Positions 48,610 through 48,751 of a DNA stretch of 48,751 bases are shown one piece after another. A model generated the notes under the pieces. That model did no database searches and had not been told where the DNA came from. It was given only the letters and a program-made list of their open reading frames with translations. The DNA is from Toensbergia leucococca (taxonomy: Eukaryota). Each line of letters begins with the position of its first letter. Positions within the stretch are counted from its first letter, which is position 1. Both the position numbers and the translations under genes were made by a program. Location of the stretch: the NCBI GenBank assembly GCA_022813965.1, contig JALDZS010000176.1, forward strand, positions 1-48,751. The letters are read 5' to 3'.

Positions 48610-48751
48610 TTATACTAGTTTGCAGCGTTTGATACCTCGAACTTCCTGTCCGGTCATTTATACGAATTGGTCGAACAGGCTATGAGGGATCACACACCGT
48701 GATCATAAGGTAGCTGGGGACGTTCAGTCTAGGCAGACCATCTCGGTCTCC
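48610..48751 (-). CDS. Possible 3' end of a gene truncated by the window edge (…GDRDGLPRLNVPSYLMIT|EVRGIKRCKLV*)
   Basis: Open frame joined by a plausible 52-nt intron (48646-48697, GTGTGT…CAG). Product not recognised. Confidence 0.35.

Overview
Gene-dense window from a filamentous ascomycete (Pezizomycotina). It has short 45-90 nt spliceosomal introns; a lichen-forming lineage is only a guess. Two blocks of housekeeping genes flank a ~16 kb accessory-looking interval. Left block: DGA1, a FUT8/GT23-like glycosyltransferase, PXR1, a small coiled-coil orphan, ERG12, STE24, an Rpa14-like gene, mitochondrial bL34, ZW10/DSL1, an M16 peptidase and an AVT3/4-type transporter. Right block: YTM1, mitochondrial uS13, cyclophilin B and DED1. 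The interval (~25.7-41.6 kb) holds a decayed HeLo-like/ECL1/G-alpha chimera, an uncharacterised multipass membrane protein, and an intact Argonaute and Dicer-2 arranged head-to-head ~600 bp apart, bracketed by AT-rich CpG-depleted relics. This RNAi cassette is the best candidate system. Other notable signals: a histone-H3-tail-like N-terminus on the small orphan, a likely soluble versus membrane-anchored splice switch in cyclophilin B, a probable GA-AG intron, many AAG acceptors, and repeated C-rich to G-rich skew switches. All gene models were built by eye; no database searches were run.
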